64,000 bases of DNA, taken from a virus. Made by a program: the position numbers and the translations under genes. A model generated the notes under the pieces. That model was given only the letters and a program-made list of their open reading frames with translations, had not been told where the DNA came from and searched no databases. The stretch lies in IMG/VR virus record IMGVR_UViG_3300033149_002311, positions 1 through 64,000 of that record. One strand, 5' to 3'. This document shows positions 54,192 to 64,000 of the stretch, piece by piece. Numbering within the stretch: the stretch's first letter is position 1; the number at the start of each line of letters is the position of its first letter.

Positions 54192-54779
54192 ATGGAAATC
54201 ACAATTAAAGATATTTTAAGAACCGGGCATGTTACCAGATGGCAAATTGTTCGCACCGCTCGACAACAAACACTGGCTGAGCACCTTTATCTAGTAACTA
54301 TGCTAAGTCTGGAAATAGCAGAATTAATTAATCTAGGTCCATTACCTGATAATGAGAAAATCAAATTAATGAACTGGTCATTGAACCATGACGTTCCAGA
54401 AGTAATTACCGGTGATGTTGCAACACCGATGAAGAAGATGATCAAAAGCAAATGTAATGAAGACCCATTTGATATCCTTGATCGCCAGATGTATGAGGTA
54501 TATGGTGATGCTAAAGATGCAATATCTGGAACCTATATCGAGGCTGTGGTTAAATTAGCAGATATCATGGATGGTATTGTATTTCTTAGCACTGAAGGTA
54601 TGGGTGACCATGCATCCTATGTCCGATCGTGCTTGGTGAATACTCTAGGTAGAAATATCCAAGTGGCCAAAGCTAAATGGCCGATCCATGATTGGTTAAG
54701 TATTTTAGATTTATTGGGAAATCTAGCTCAAAATAACAATGTCAGCCAAATCGAATTCGAGAATCTGCATCGTGGATGA
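54192..54779 (+). CDS. datZ: DatZ-like HD-domain dATP triphosphohydrolase
   Basis: VTRWQIVRTARQQTLAEH, HDVPEVITGD, VKLAD; lies in the purZ cluster. Confidence 0.85.
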   Translation: MEITIKDILRTGHVTRWQIVRTARQQTLAEHLYLVTMLSLEIAELINLGPLPDNEKIKLMNWSLNHDVPEVITGDVATPMKKMIKSKCNEDPFDILDRQMYEVYGDAKDAISGTYIEAVVKLADIMDGIVFLSTEGMGDHASYVRSCLVNTLGRNIQVAKAKWPIHDWLSILDLLGNLAQNNNVSQIEFENLHRG

Positions 54780-55185
54780 GAGTACATTTTGGGATTACCT
54801 ACGGAAGGGGATGAAGGGGTACTGGCATGTTCAACGTCATGAGGATAAATTAACGCTGGGTATACCCGATGTGTCGTTTGGCATCGGTGGTGGTGGTGGT
54901 TGGATTGAATTGAAATATCTCCACGAATGGCCCAAAATGGTTAATACGGTAGTCAGTATTGATCATTACACTTCTGAGCAGAGGAGGTGGTTGCGTAACA
55001 GGGGTAGATACAACCAGAATTGTTGGTTATTTTTAAGAGTTGGTAAAGATGAATTCATGTTGTTTGATTGGCAGCAAGCCCAAATGGTTGGGCAGTTAAC
55101 CAAACGCGAATTAATTGTGCAGTGCGACCACATATGGTCTGGGAAAATTGATTTCCAAGCATTAGTAAAGATATTATCAAGTTGA
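54739..55185 (+). CDS. VRR-NUC / Holliday junction resolvase-like nuclease
   Basis: ES.FW, GIPDV, WIELK and EQRRWL. Confidence 0.8.
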   Translation: MSAKSNSRICIVDESTFWDYLRKGMKGYWHVQRHEDKLTLGIPDVSFGIGGGGGWIELKYLHEWPKMVNTVVSIDHYTSEQRRWLRNRGRYNQNCWLFLRVGKDEFMLFDWQQAQMVGQLTKRELIVQCDHIWSGKIDFQALVKILSS

Positions 55186-55722
55186 TATTATCTTCTGCCT
55201 AGTACCGAACCACCACAAGATAATAGTACTGGTTATATAAAGGATTACGAGGATAATTTGTTGAACCAGCGCTAAGGCCATATCTTTATCGATAACACCA
55301 TCCAAACCACCGACCAATTCCATTAATTGCGTGTAAATAAGAGTAGTTAATATGGTCATGTAAATGGTCATACTGGGTCTAATCATACCGCGAAAAAAAT
55401 CAACCATTATCATAAAAAATTTACCAACTGTACCAAGTTTGCTGGGGTCGGAATAGGTAGCTTTATCATTAGATTGGGACTGTGTGAAAGCTTGCATCTC
55501 TGATAGGTTTATTTTAACATCACCCTCAACCTTTGCTAATTCCATTTTAAGGTTAGCTTCTAATTCCATACTATCTTGTTTTAAACCTTCCATTTTTTCA
55601 TCATGATCGAAGATTAATTTTTGCTTTTTAATTTCACCAAACAAACTAATACCAGCTCCAAGCAATCCGGTGGTGCCACCTGAAATGATGGCTCCTAATG
55701 CATCACCTAAAAAATCAAACAT
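55177..55722 (-). CDS. Holin-like membrane protein
   Basis: RGMIRP, hydrophobic helices and WWFGTR C-terminus; lysis context. Confidence 0.65.
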   Translation of the reverse strand: MFDFLGDALGAIISGGTTGLLGAGISLFGEIKKQKLIFDHDEKMEGLKQDSMELEANLKMELAKVEGDVKINLSEMQAFTQSQSNDKATYSDPSKLGTVGKFFMIMVDFFRGMIRPSMTIYMTILTTLIYTQLMELVGGLDGVIDKDMALALVQQIILVILYITSTIILWWFGTRQKIIST

Positions 55723-55790
55723 ATCAATATTTCCTTTAAAAAGCACCACCCGGACGCGGGGAGGGTGTTCCGGGTGGTGAAGTCATACAA

Positions 55791-55979
55791 CTATTTACCG
55801 GCTTTAGCTACAGCATCTTTAACAAAAATCAATGCCAGCCCACCGAATATACTTTGTAACATAAGGTTAACATCTATGGTTCCAGTAATATATGCACTGA
55901 TAGAACCAACTATCGCCGTCATCCCTGTCCAATTACTTTTACTAGATAAGAAGGTGGATAGATTTTGATCAAACTTCAT
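55791..55979 (-). CDS. Small two-TM protein (holin-like)
   Basis: AGGAG RBS and two hydrophobic segments. Confidence 0.6.
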   Translation of the reverse strand: MKFDQNLSTFLSSKSNWTGMTAIVGSISAYITGTIDVNLMLQSIFGGLALIFVKDAVAKAGK

Positions 55980-56124
55980 AACAATCTCCTATATTAAGTT
56001 AAATTTGGCCCTGATATTAATTCGTCCCCTGCCCTCCTTCTTATTAACCTATGGAATAGCTATATATGTACCTATATACATCTCAGAGTGGCGGGGATGT
56101 ACCTCCCCGTGCGACGGAGATATA

Positions 56125-56664
56125 TCAACCATGCATATCAAGGAGTGCCGCAGCGAGTGCCGTACACCCGACGTATCTACGCTCTTCAATCATATCCGCA
56201 TGGTGCACAAATTCTGGTTCCACAATAATTGCTGGGCAATGAGTAGCCCTTAAAAAATAATCTGGCCCTTTAGCAGGATTCATCTGGTACCAACCCTGTT
56301 TGACACCCCTAGATGGTGGCCAAATGTAGCGCATAGATTCCTGTATATATTCGGCAATAATCTCACCTTTGGAACTACCGGGACAATATAAAGTTTCGCT
56401 ACCCTCCCCGATGTGAGTGCCATGAGAGTTGATAGCGCTATTAAAATGAATCTCAACAGCAATATCACCATCATCCGGGTTATGATTATTTATAAAGGTA
56501 ACTTTACTAGTTAATGATATTGGCGGAACAGCTATGGATGCTTGACCAAGTAAATCAACAAGTAAATCCCGCCATTTCATAGCCTCCTTCCACTCAGTGA
56601 AATTATCAAAGCTTGCACCTTGTTTACGTTCATAATGTCCCGCACTTACAAAAATCATATTCAT
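56125..56664 (-). CDS. N-acetylmuramoyl-L-alanine amidase (Amidase_3) endolysin
   Basis: SAGH, TEW, EIHFNS, GSETLY and PAIIVEPEF. Confidence 0.9.
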   Translation of the reverse strand: MNMIFVSAGHYERKQGASFDNFTEWKEAMKWRDLLVDLLGQASIAVPPISLTSKVTFINNHNPDDGDIAVEIHFNSAINSHGTHIGEGSETLYCPGSSKGEIIAEYIQESMRYIWPPSRGVKQGWYQMNPAKGPDYFLRATHCPAIIVEPEFVHHADMIEERRYVGCTALAAALLDMHG

Positions 56665-57385
56665 ACCACCGTTGGTGCTGTTGTAGTTAATGATAGGCTA
56701 ACTGCAGGTATACTAACTGGATTGTCGACAATAGCAGTTGGAGCAGTTAAATTAATCGCTATATCAGCAGGTGGGATGTCTTCCATTTTGACCAAATTGC
56801 CATCACTAGCATATCTCCAGTTGGTACCATCACTATACGCGATGGGAGTATTAACATTATCGGATATTACTACCAATTGCCATTGATATAGGGCAGCATT
56901 AGGTAGGTTAGCCCATGAATATGTTGGTTTTGCTCTAATAATACCTAAAGTTACTTTTTTTGTTTCATCTGCTGAAATATCGACAATAGCAAACTCATCA
57001 TTGAAATCTGGTATTGCAACAGCTGGTAAATCTGATATTTTAATGGCGGTCATGATACTGCCGGTGCAGTTGTTAACATAACTAAATCTATTGTAGGGGG
57101 TCTTAAAGCGAGTATCGTACCATCTGACATGCGACGCCAGTCTATGCCATCACTATAAACAATAGATCGATTATCAGCACTAGGGCCGTTAATGTCATCA
57201 GTTACGATCGCTAGATGCCATTGGTAGGTAGCTTCATCACCTAGACCAGATATAGTTACAGCATCTAATGTTCGAATTTGATCAATCGTCATCTTCTTCG
57301 AAATACCACTTTGAGCGACTATAAATGCATCCGTAAGTGCAACTTCGGTAACCGCTGTTAAATTTGATATTTTTGTTGAAGCCAT
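56661..57385 (-). CDS. Two paralogous small tail-associated proteins (56661-57053, 57050-57385)
   Basis: Both have KIS.L.AV, YQW.L..V.D and YSDG..WR..SDG. Confidence 0.7.
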
Positions 57386-57396
57386 TATATATCCCC

Positions 57397-58350
57397 TTAT
57401 GCATCAACTATCAATAGATTCAATGCCCACCCAACAGCCCCAGAACCGCCATCACCAGCAACCCCCAAACCACTGCCACCACTGCTGCCAGTGACAGTGT
57501 TAGTACCAGCATCGGTAATGGATCGCCCAACTTTTATAATTGCACCACCAGCACCTCCCCCACCGCCACCACCACCACCACCACCCACAATACCGTTTGA
57601 GCCACCAGCCCCGCTGGCATTAATCACAGCGGCGGCATCGATAATAATACTAGGGGCTATGAGAATAATGGGTCCACCACCCTTACCACCCGCACCACCC
57701 GCACCACCGGATGAATCATCATAGATACTACCTCCATAACCGCCCCTACCACCCGCACCACCAGAAAGGATTGCTGGGAGGGTTTCTAAAGCCGATATTT
57801 TACCTCTGGTGGTGGTATTGGTGCCACCAGCGCCACCATTACCACCACTGAGACTTCCGGGGGCACCGAGAGTACCACCTATAGCATCATATACTCCAAA
57901 TTGCCCAGGGAAGCCCGAATTACCATCGTTATAGAAAGTGCCACCACCGCCGCCACCACCGCCGCCACCACCACCAATAGCTCCACCATTACTTAATTCG
58001 TAACTTTTATCAGTACCTCGACAATTTATATTACCATTGATGATGATAGAAGTAGAAGCTCTGATAATTACAGGGGCGTCAAACGCAACTGCTACACTGG
58101 CATCAATAGTAAATGTGGTACATTGATATAAACCACCTGCAACGCTGCCATTTACAGAATGAGTTATAGCGCCATCAGATTGATCACCAAAATTCATTAA
58201 CCACGGATTGAATCTATGCCAAATATTAGGGGCACCATCAGCAGCCTCTGCGGTAGCTATATGGTTATTACGCAACCACGTTATTAAAGTTGTGGTGATA
58301 GGACTTTCTGGATCAATATCAGAATCTGGAATAGCATTGAAATCGGTCAT
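57397..58350 (-). CDS. Glycine-rich tail fibre-like protein
   Basis: Poly-Gly tracts; tail module. Confidence 0.7.
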   Translation of the reverse strand: MTDFNAIPDSDIDPESPITTTLITWLRNNHIATAEAADGAPNIWHRFNPWLMNFGDQSDGAITHSVNGSVAGGLYQCTTFTIDASVAVAFDAPVIIRASTSIIINGNINCRGTDKSYELSNGGAIGGGGGGGGGGGGTFYNDGNSGFPGQFGVYDAIGGTLGAPGSLSGGNGGAGGTNTTTRGKISALETLPAILSGGAGGRGGYGGSIYDDSSGGAGGAGGKGGGPIILIAPSIIIDAAAVINASGAGGSNGIVGGGGGGGGGGGAGGAIIKVGRSITDAGTNTVTGSSGGSGLGVAGDGGSGAVGWALNLLIVDA

Positions 58351-58359
58351 ATTTTTTCC

Positions 58360-60438
58360 TTACAAAATTTTATAGGCTTCATCACCATTAGCAAAATAGC
58401 CACTATCGGGGGCTATCCAAGCATATGCACTTTTTTGTTCATCACTGGCACCATTGATGATTATAGCATCCTCTAATAAAATAAAATCACCAATCTCAGT
58501 TAATAGAGCATCACCATCTTGTTTTAAAACGGTATCCCCTGAATAATCTGGAAGCGTATCAGGGCCGATATAGCCATACTTACCTGTGAAATTAAATTCT
58601 TGAGCTAGATATTCATATATGGTTCCAGATTCTATTTGTCTTTTTTCGATAACCAACATATCTAAACTAATATCAAGACCACTGGCATCCTGCATAAGTC
58701 TAGTAGTTAAAGTAATAAAATCCCCTGTCTCTACTTCATCCTTGGCATCCAAACGAAATTTAGCTAGTCTAGGTGTTTCTGACAATAGGGATAAGGTACG
58801 CCCAGCTATTTGTAAAACTAAACCAGCCCCCCCACTAGCATTTAACCACCTTGATTCTATCCTTCTACGTCTAGTTTCGTCATATTTATCAGCACTTTCT
58901 GTATCAGAATCCACCTGTATATATAAATTTCTGTAATTAACTATATCAGTATTAGTGTAATCCCTAATAGCATAATACATCCAAAATTGACTTACACGTA
59001 ATTTAGGTTCATGCCAAATCTTTATGGAGTTAGCTAAAATATTATCATTGTCATTAATGGAGATAGTAGTCGTTATAGGTGCGAAAGCTTTTAATTTAAT
59101 TTCTTGTTCGCTATCGGCCCACCACACATACATTAAGTTCTGTTGAACTAACTCTTTAACAAGTTTATTGATACCAGTCGGTTCTGATATTATAGCAGTT
59201 AAATTGTTTGAAGACAATAATGTATTTTTCTCAACAGCCCAATCAGTAGATGGTATATAAGATGATGGTATATCTGTATAATTCATATAGAGGTCTTCAA
59301 CTATATCAACAACATTAACGTTTTCATAAGCTAAACACAACTGAACTGAATCACCGGCATCATGACTGTCTAGAGCGGTGCCCCATGTTTGCCTAGTTAA
59401 TCCACTTAAAATATCATTAGTATTATCTGTGAAATATATTATCTCTGAATTTATTCTAACATAACCACTTTTACCATACTCAATAGAAAAATTATTACCG
59501 GGAACCAGATATATTGAAGTATCTGTACTTAAAAAATCAACATCTAAAGTTCCTTTCGATGGTGCGGGGGCAAACGATCTATCATCATCCGCTAATTTTA
59601 ATATATCTTTAGCAATTATAGATACTCTACCATTACTATCAGGACCAGTGATCTTTTCTATTATATATACCCTGGCATTAAAGTTTGTTATATCAAAAAG
59701 ACCATTAACTAAATAACCATCATAATAAGTTAATGTGCGGCCTTGATAATAAGTATTTCTGGTTACAAATTTACCCCAAAATGTTCCTCTTTCATAGGCA
59801 TTATAAGAACGATTTAATGCATATTTATCAACCCCACGATCATGGTGGGGAAAATCAATACAATTTATAGAAATAGATGCGCGATTACCCAACCCACCTG
59901 CAATATCGATTTTAGGTGGTGTAGCTGAAATCCTATCTAATGTAGGCACAGCGATACCGAGGCCAGCTTCATCCCAGATATCTGCTGGGAAATCAGCCGT
60001 GACGCCAGTTACCCATATCTCATTTTCAGTAGGACTTCCATTGTAATTAGCTACGTCCTGACAATTGGATCGCGTATTATAACAGGCATCCGGCCTGTTA
60101 ATAAGTACATAAGTACTAGTTACATCAGGCTGTATTACCCAATTATCCGCAACTGTAACTATTTTAGTACCATTGTCGTTCGCCGTAATTCTACCTTCTT
60201 GCCCAGCCCCTGTTCCACCAGAAATATAAACAACATAGCCAATTAGGGTATCATCACCAAAAGAGTCACTAGCAGATATCGTAATAGTGTTAACTCCACC
60301 AGCTTGAGCAGTCCCAGATGCTTCCCTACCTACGGCACATTCATCCCTGCCATATGTACGAGTACAGTAATCCAAAGATAGTTTTATGGCGGGGAATGGT
60401 GTGCGCCCTACCACGGATTTTTCTGAACTATAACTCAT
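58360..60438 (-). CDS. Tail tip/hub protein
   Basis: 692 aa; lies downstream of the tape measure and the distal-tail-like gene. Confidence 0.7.
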   Translation of the reverse strand: MSYSSEKSVVGRTPFPAIKLSLDYCTRTYGRDECAVGREASGTAQAGGVNTITISASDSFGDDTLIGYVVYISGGTGAGQEGRITANDNGTKIVTVADNWVIQPDVTSTYVLINRPDACYNTRSNCQDVANYNGSPTENEIWVTGVTADFPADIWDEAGLGIAVPTLDRISATPPKIDIAGGLGNRASISINCIDFPHHDRGVDKYALNRSYNAYERGTFWGKFVTRNTYYQGRTLTYYDGYLVNGLFDITNFNARVYIIEKITGPDSNGRVSIIAKDILKLADDDRSFAPAPSKGTLDVDFLSTDTSIYLVPGNNFSIEYGKSGYVRINSEIIYFTDNTNDILSGLTRQTWGTALDSHDAGDSVQLCLAYENVNVVDIVEDLYMNYTDIPSSYIPSTDWAVEKNTLLSSNNLTAIISEPTGINKLVKELVQQNLMYVWWADSEQEIKLKAFAPITTTISINDNDNILANSIKIWHEPKLRVSQFWMYYAIRDYTNTDIVNYRNLYIQVDSDTESADKYDETRRRRIESRWLNASGGAGLVLQIAGRTLSLLSETPRLAKFRLDAKDEVETGDFITLTTRLMQDASGLDISLDMLVIEKRQIESGTIYEYLAQEFNFTGKYGYIGPDTLPDYSGDTVLKQDGDALLTEIGDFILLEDAIIINGASDEQKSAYAWIAPDSGYFANGDEAYKIL

Positions 60439-61235
60439 GAACGAAGTCCCATTAATTGCATCCCTAAGGTCATCGTATTAGGTCTATCAAATTTGGGGGG
60501 CATCGGAAAGCCATCCATCCAACAAAACACAGCGTCATCATAATCAGGATTCCATGAATACCAAAATGGTTTTACTTCGGCATGATCTATGAACGTGCTC
60601 CAGTCATCACGAGCAAATGCTAATGTTTGAATTGTAAATGATAAACTAAATTTAACACCCTTCCTTATAATTGATCGACCTATAAATTGACCACCCTCTG
60701 AAGTTTGATTTATTATCTTATCCATCCGGGATTCTTTAGGTAACATAGCCCCTGAGCCTACGGCGCGATCCATTTCTAAGGATGCTCCAATTGATGCTAC
60801 CCCGATAGCACTAGCTGCACCTGTGGAAGTAATTTTAAGACGCCAATATCTGGCAGAAGTTAGAGTAAAAACATTAAAAATTGGACTGCTATCAACCGGT
60901 GTTACCAAATCACCTATATCAACAATACTAGCAGAAAAATTATCCGTGCTGTACTGACATTGAATGGTAGCAGCATTATCAAATAAAGTGTGGGCAGCTA
61001 TACCAAAAAAATCAGCCGGTCTAGCTGATCCATAGTCAACTGTTAAATAAACCACCCCCGCAGCATTTGCCTTCCAATAATCATAAGTATTCCAATCATA
61101 GGCATTTTCCTTGGGGAAACCGGTGGCCTCACTAGTGACTGTTACTGTCCCAGTGGTAAAGAAGTTTTCGTATCCGAATTTTGGTTTAGCCACGTTAAGT
61201 TCCTTCCCAAATCTTACTAGATGAGCTGTTTGCAT
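60435..61235 (-). CDS. Distal tail-like protein with a discoidin/CBM-like domain (likely GTG start at 61193)
   Basis: TVDYGSAR...ARYWRLKIT; position in the tail module. Confidence 0.6.
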   Translation of the reverse strand: MQTAHLVRFGKELNVAKPKFGYENFFTTGTVTVTSEATGFPKENAYDWNTYDYWKANAAGVVYLTVDYGSARPADFFGIAAHTLFDNAATIQCQYSTDNFSASIVDIGDLVTPVDSSPIFNVFTLTSARYWRLKITSTGAASAIGVASIGASLEMDRAVGSGAMLPKESRMDKIINQTSEGGQFIGRSIIRKGVKFSLSFTIQTLAFARDDWSTFIDHAEVKPFWYSWNPDYDDAVFCWMDGFPMPPKFDRPNTMTLGMQLMGLRS

Positions 61236-62490
61236 CAGCTATGATTAAGCAACCATCATTACCTTCCACTGCTGCTACTTGTGGGCCCAATGTACCTAAA
61301 TTTGACCACGTTATACCATCAACTGAAGTTTGATACATACCAAAGTCACCCGATGCTATCCACCCAGTACCATAATAGGCTATATTTCTATGGTGCTTAC
61401 CTGATACGGGTTTTTCGTTTTGGGCCTGTCTCTCAGTCCAAGTAACTCCATTAATGCTAGTAAGTATTTGACCAAGACTACCGACAGCAACCCATAAATT
61501 GTTCGCATAAAGCATACCAAACATGATACCTGAAATATTACGCCAACCTTGAGTCCATGAAACACCATTATCTGACGAATAAGCTTGCCAATTTGTTGTT
61601 AATGTCCAATTCCCAGCCCCGTCTGTAGCAACTGAAGCACCAGCAGTGCCCGTGCCCGTATTACCCCAAGTTAATCCATCATCGATAGATATCCTGGCAT
61701 TACCTATATATGGTGCAACCCACACACCATTACCATAAGTTATGTTTCGTATACGATTAACCGAGGTTACTGTATCTACAAGAGTCCAAGTGTTACCGAT
61801 ATCCGTAGATCGGAATATCCAGTTAGTTGTACCGTCGGTGCAAGTGGTTATCCATGTACCTGCTCCATTTGATTCCACAATATAAGTAATTTGATCAGCC
61901 GACATAATTTGTGGCAATGATACTGTTGGAACCCAAGTAGATCGATCAGTTGATTTCCACATTACTAATACCGCTGCGATCATCCATGTACCGGTTGAAA
62001 CGTCAAATGCTATGTCATATTGGGACGCTTCAGACGGTGTTGATGGAGTTCTGTCAGTAAATGTAAACACCGTTGGTATGGTACATGTTGTGAAACGTGT
62101 CATCACAAATGCACCAGAACCTTCTAACGACATCGACACAGTTTCTTCTGCAGTGTGTTCACCACCCCTAACAAAGGAAGTTATAGCAAAATTACCGGAA
62201 AGAATATCACCATTTTCAAATACTACTTGCATCGATAAGATATTCCTATTATAACAGGCATCCTCAATAAATTGCGCCGCTGCATCACCAGTGAATATTC
62301 CAGAACCAGATGCTGAAATCGATCTGGTGCCCAATCCATCAGGGTTAAGTTCTCTCCAATCATTAGAATCAAGATTTGTAATTTCTATTGTTTCATTATT
62401 GATAGTAATAGTTTTAGAGCGTAAGGCACCTATAGTCGTCATCGTACCACTGATATCAACTTGTAATAACAAATTTCTACCTTTTGCCAT
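61195..62490 (-). CDS. Tail tube-like (TP901-1 type) domain fused to a BNR/beta-propeller domain
   Basis: KGRNLLLQV...LRSKTITINNETIEIT...SISASGSGIF...SMSLEGSG followed by S.DG.TW repeats. Confidence 0.75.
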   Translation of the reverse strand: MAKGRNLLLQVDISGTMTTIGALRSKTITINNETIEITNLDSNDWRELNPDGLGTRSISASGSGIFTGDAAAQFIEDACYNRNILSMQVVFENGDILSGNFAITSFVRGGEHTAEETVSMSLEGSGAFVMTRFTTCTIPTVFTFTDRTPSTPSEASQYDIAFDVSTGTWMIAAVLVMWKSTDRSTWVPTVSLPQIMSADQITYIVESNGAGTWITTCTDGTTNWIFRSTDIGNTWTLVDTVTSVNRIRNITYGNGVWVAPYIGNARISIDDGLTWGNTGTGTAGASVATDGAGNWTLTTNWQAYSSDNGVSWTQGWRNISGIMFGMLYANNLWVAVGSLGQILTSINGVTWTERQAQNEKPVSGKHHRNIAYYGTGWIASGDFGMYQTSVDGITWSNLGTLGPQVAAVEGNDGCLIIADANSSSSKIWEGT

Positions 62491-63998
62491 TACGCAACAC
62501 CTATACTGGCTATAGTTGCGCCATCTGCTATTTCATCATTAATCTTATCGATTAAACGGCGAATGGCACTTTTACTAATTAAGTCATCATCATCACCTAA
62601 ATTAATCCTAAGATCAACCGCCCCCGCCCCGCCCGCACCCACAGTAGTGGGGGCAGCTATTGTTGGGGCGGTTGGCGCTGCAACAGAAGCACCACCACCA
62701 CCACCACCACCACCGCCCCCGCCGCCGCCTACTACCCTTAATTGTTGGGCACCCTGGAGTGCAGCACCCGCAGCTAAAGCTAAATTAACGGGATAAAACG
62801 GGGTAGCATGCAAAGCAAGCATTATAGCCTGCGCAGTAGATGCTATTATACCGGCACGTGCAAATAATTTTTGTTGAGCATTCATTTTCGCACCAGCTTT
62901 ACCTGACAATGATGCTAAGGCATTAAAAATGTTAGCTGCGGCACCCAATCCAGCAGTTAGCATAAATCGGCGGGTATTTTCACCCTCTTGTGTAATTCTA
63001 TTTTTATTTTTTTGGTATTCATCTTCCAGCAGTAATAATCTTTCTTTACCTTCCCCCTCTATCAATTCTTGTTCGGTGAAAGCGTCAGTAACTATTTGAA
63101 CACGCTGGTTATAATTTAATGCTAGTAAATCCAATTCACTCAATAATGATTCATCTAATGCTGCAAGTCGGCTGGCGACTGTTTCAGGATCGAGACCTCC
63201 TAAAGCTTCTTTGCGGGTAATACTAGTCAAGGCTTCTTGGTATTCCTCTTCTAATTCTATCATTTTAGCTTTAGCGGCTGTTATATTTATAATTTGAAGA
63301 GCAAGAGCATTAGTAATTATAGCAGTTTGCTCATTGTAACCGAGAGCTAACAACTGCTTTTCGTTCATCATAGATCTATCAAGTTCTGCAAGTCGACTGG
63401 TTGCCATTTCCTTAGTAGTATCACTTAAGGCAACCTTTTGATTTTCAAATGCCTGAATAGTTTCTATTAACCTATTTATGACTTCTTTTTGTGGGCCACT
63501 TAGGGATAACAACGATGCCTTATACTGCAATATCTGAACATTGGTATTACCTAATGTAGCAATTTGTTTTTCTAAAGAAGCCTGAAATTTATCGTTCGCT
63601 TCTTTTATTTTATTCGCCGCAGCTACGTCTTCATCTACTTTTCTTTGCGCTTTTACTTTTTTAGGACCTTCCGCTGCTAGTTTTCTCAACTCTCTTCTAA
63701 GTTTGATTTCTTTTCTAAGAGCCTCCTCCATAGCTTTGGATTTTTTAAAATCATTACTGATACCAGTTCTAGTTAAAAAGTTTGCTTCTGTAAAGGCTTT
63801 CCTTTGTTCCGCCAGCTGAAAAGTCACCATCCTATGCTGACCGACCAATTCTTCGAGGCTGAGATCGGAATATGCTTTGGTACTACCGATTAGTGATTTT
63901 AAGCCTGCATTAATAGAATCAGATACGGATTTAAGGGATCCAAGGGCACCACTATTCTTTATCACTTGTTCAGTGAATTTACTCATTCTCTCATTCAT
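62490..63998 (-). CDS. Tape measure protein, C-terminal part (probably continues past the window)
   Basis: Long helical Ala/Leu/Glu/Lys-rich ORF with a Gly-rich C-terminus, upstream of the tail tip genes. Confidence 0.8.
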   Translation of the reverse strand: MNERMSKFTEQVIKNSGALGSLKSVSDSINAGLKSLIGSTKAYSDLSLEELVGQHRMVTFQLAEQRKAFTEANFLTRTGISNDFKKSKAMEEALRKEIKLRRELRKLAAEGPKKVKAQRKVDEDVAAANKIKEANDKFQASLEKQIATLGNTNVQILQYKASLLSLSGPQKEVINRLIETIQAFENQKVALSDTTKEMATSRLAELDRSMMNEKQLLALGYNEQTAIITNALALQIINITAAKAKMIELEEEYQEALTSITRKEALGGLDPETVASRLAALDESLLSELDLLALNYNQRVQIVTDAFTEQELIEGEGKERLLLLEDEYQKNKNRITQEGENTRRFMLTAGLGAAANIFNALASLSGKAGAKMNAQQKLFARAGIIASTAQAIMLALHATPFYPVNLALAAGAALQGAQQLRVVGGGGGGGGGGGGGASVAAPTAPTIAAPTTVGAGGAGAVDLRINLGDDDDLISKSAIRRLIDKINDEIADGATIASIGVA

Positions 63999-64000
63999 TG

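Noticed and set aside
57491-62796. Plus-strand poly-Pro ORFs (57491, 62563) and CCA/CCG microsatellites
   Set aside because: They are the antisense of poly-Gly tracts in tail proteins.
1-64000. Integrase (IntI or prophage type), reverse transcriptase or DGR
   Set aside because: No tyrosine recombinase or RT motifs were recognised in any ORF; they could lie outside the window.

Overview
This window is about 64 kb of an AT-rich tailed dsDNA phage genome (siphovirus-like). The + strand (1-55.2 kb) carries early and replication genes. The - strand (55.2-64 kb) carries lysis and tail genes and runs off the end inside the tape measure. Six systems stand out. (1) A complete 2-aminoadenine (Z-genome) module: purZ, mazZ-like DUF550, DUF5664, datZ and a DpoZ-like PolA. 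(2) An array of 11 intact integron attC sites with 11 gene cassettes (8.1-11.8 kb). No integrase is in the window, and two cassette genes have non-cassette paralogues elsewhere in the phage. (3) A Ro60/TROVE gene preceded by a cluster of Y-RNA-like and tRNA-like RNAs. Two of these are CCA-ended tRNA bodies with a Ro-binding stem inserted in reversed order; RtcB is encoded elsewhere. (4) A UvrD-like helicase whose Walker A motif is interrupted by CCG-TGA-CCG, a stop-hop signature. (5) Thirteen repeated sigma70 promoters and six 130-170 bp islands that almost completely avoid AA/TT dinucleotides. (6) A parS-like palindrome upstream of the primase. Protein calls come from motifs recognised by eye; no database searches were run, so novelty claims are unverified.
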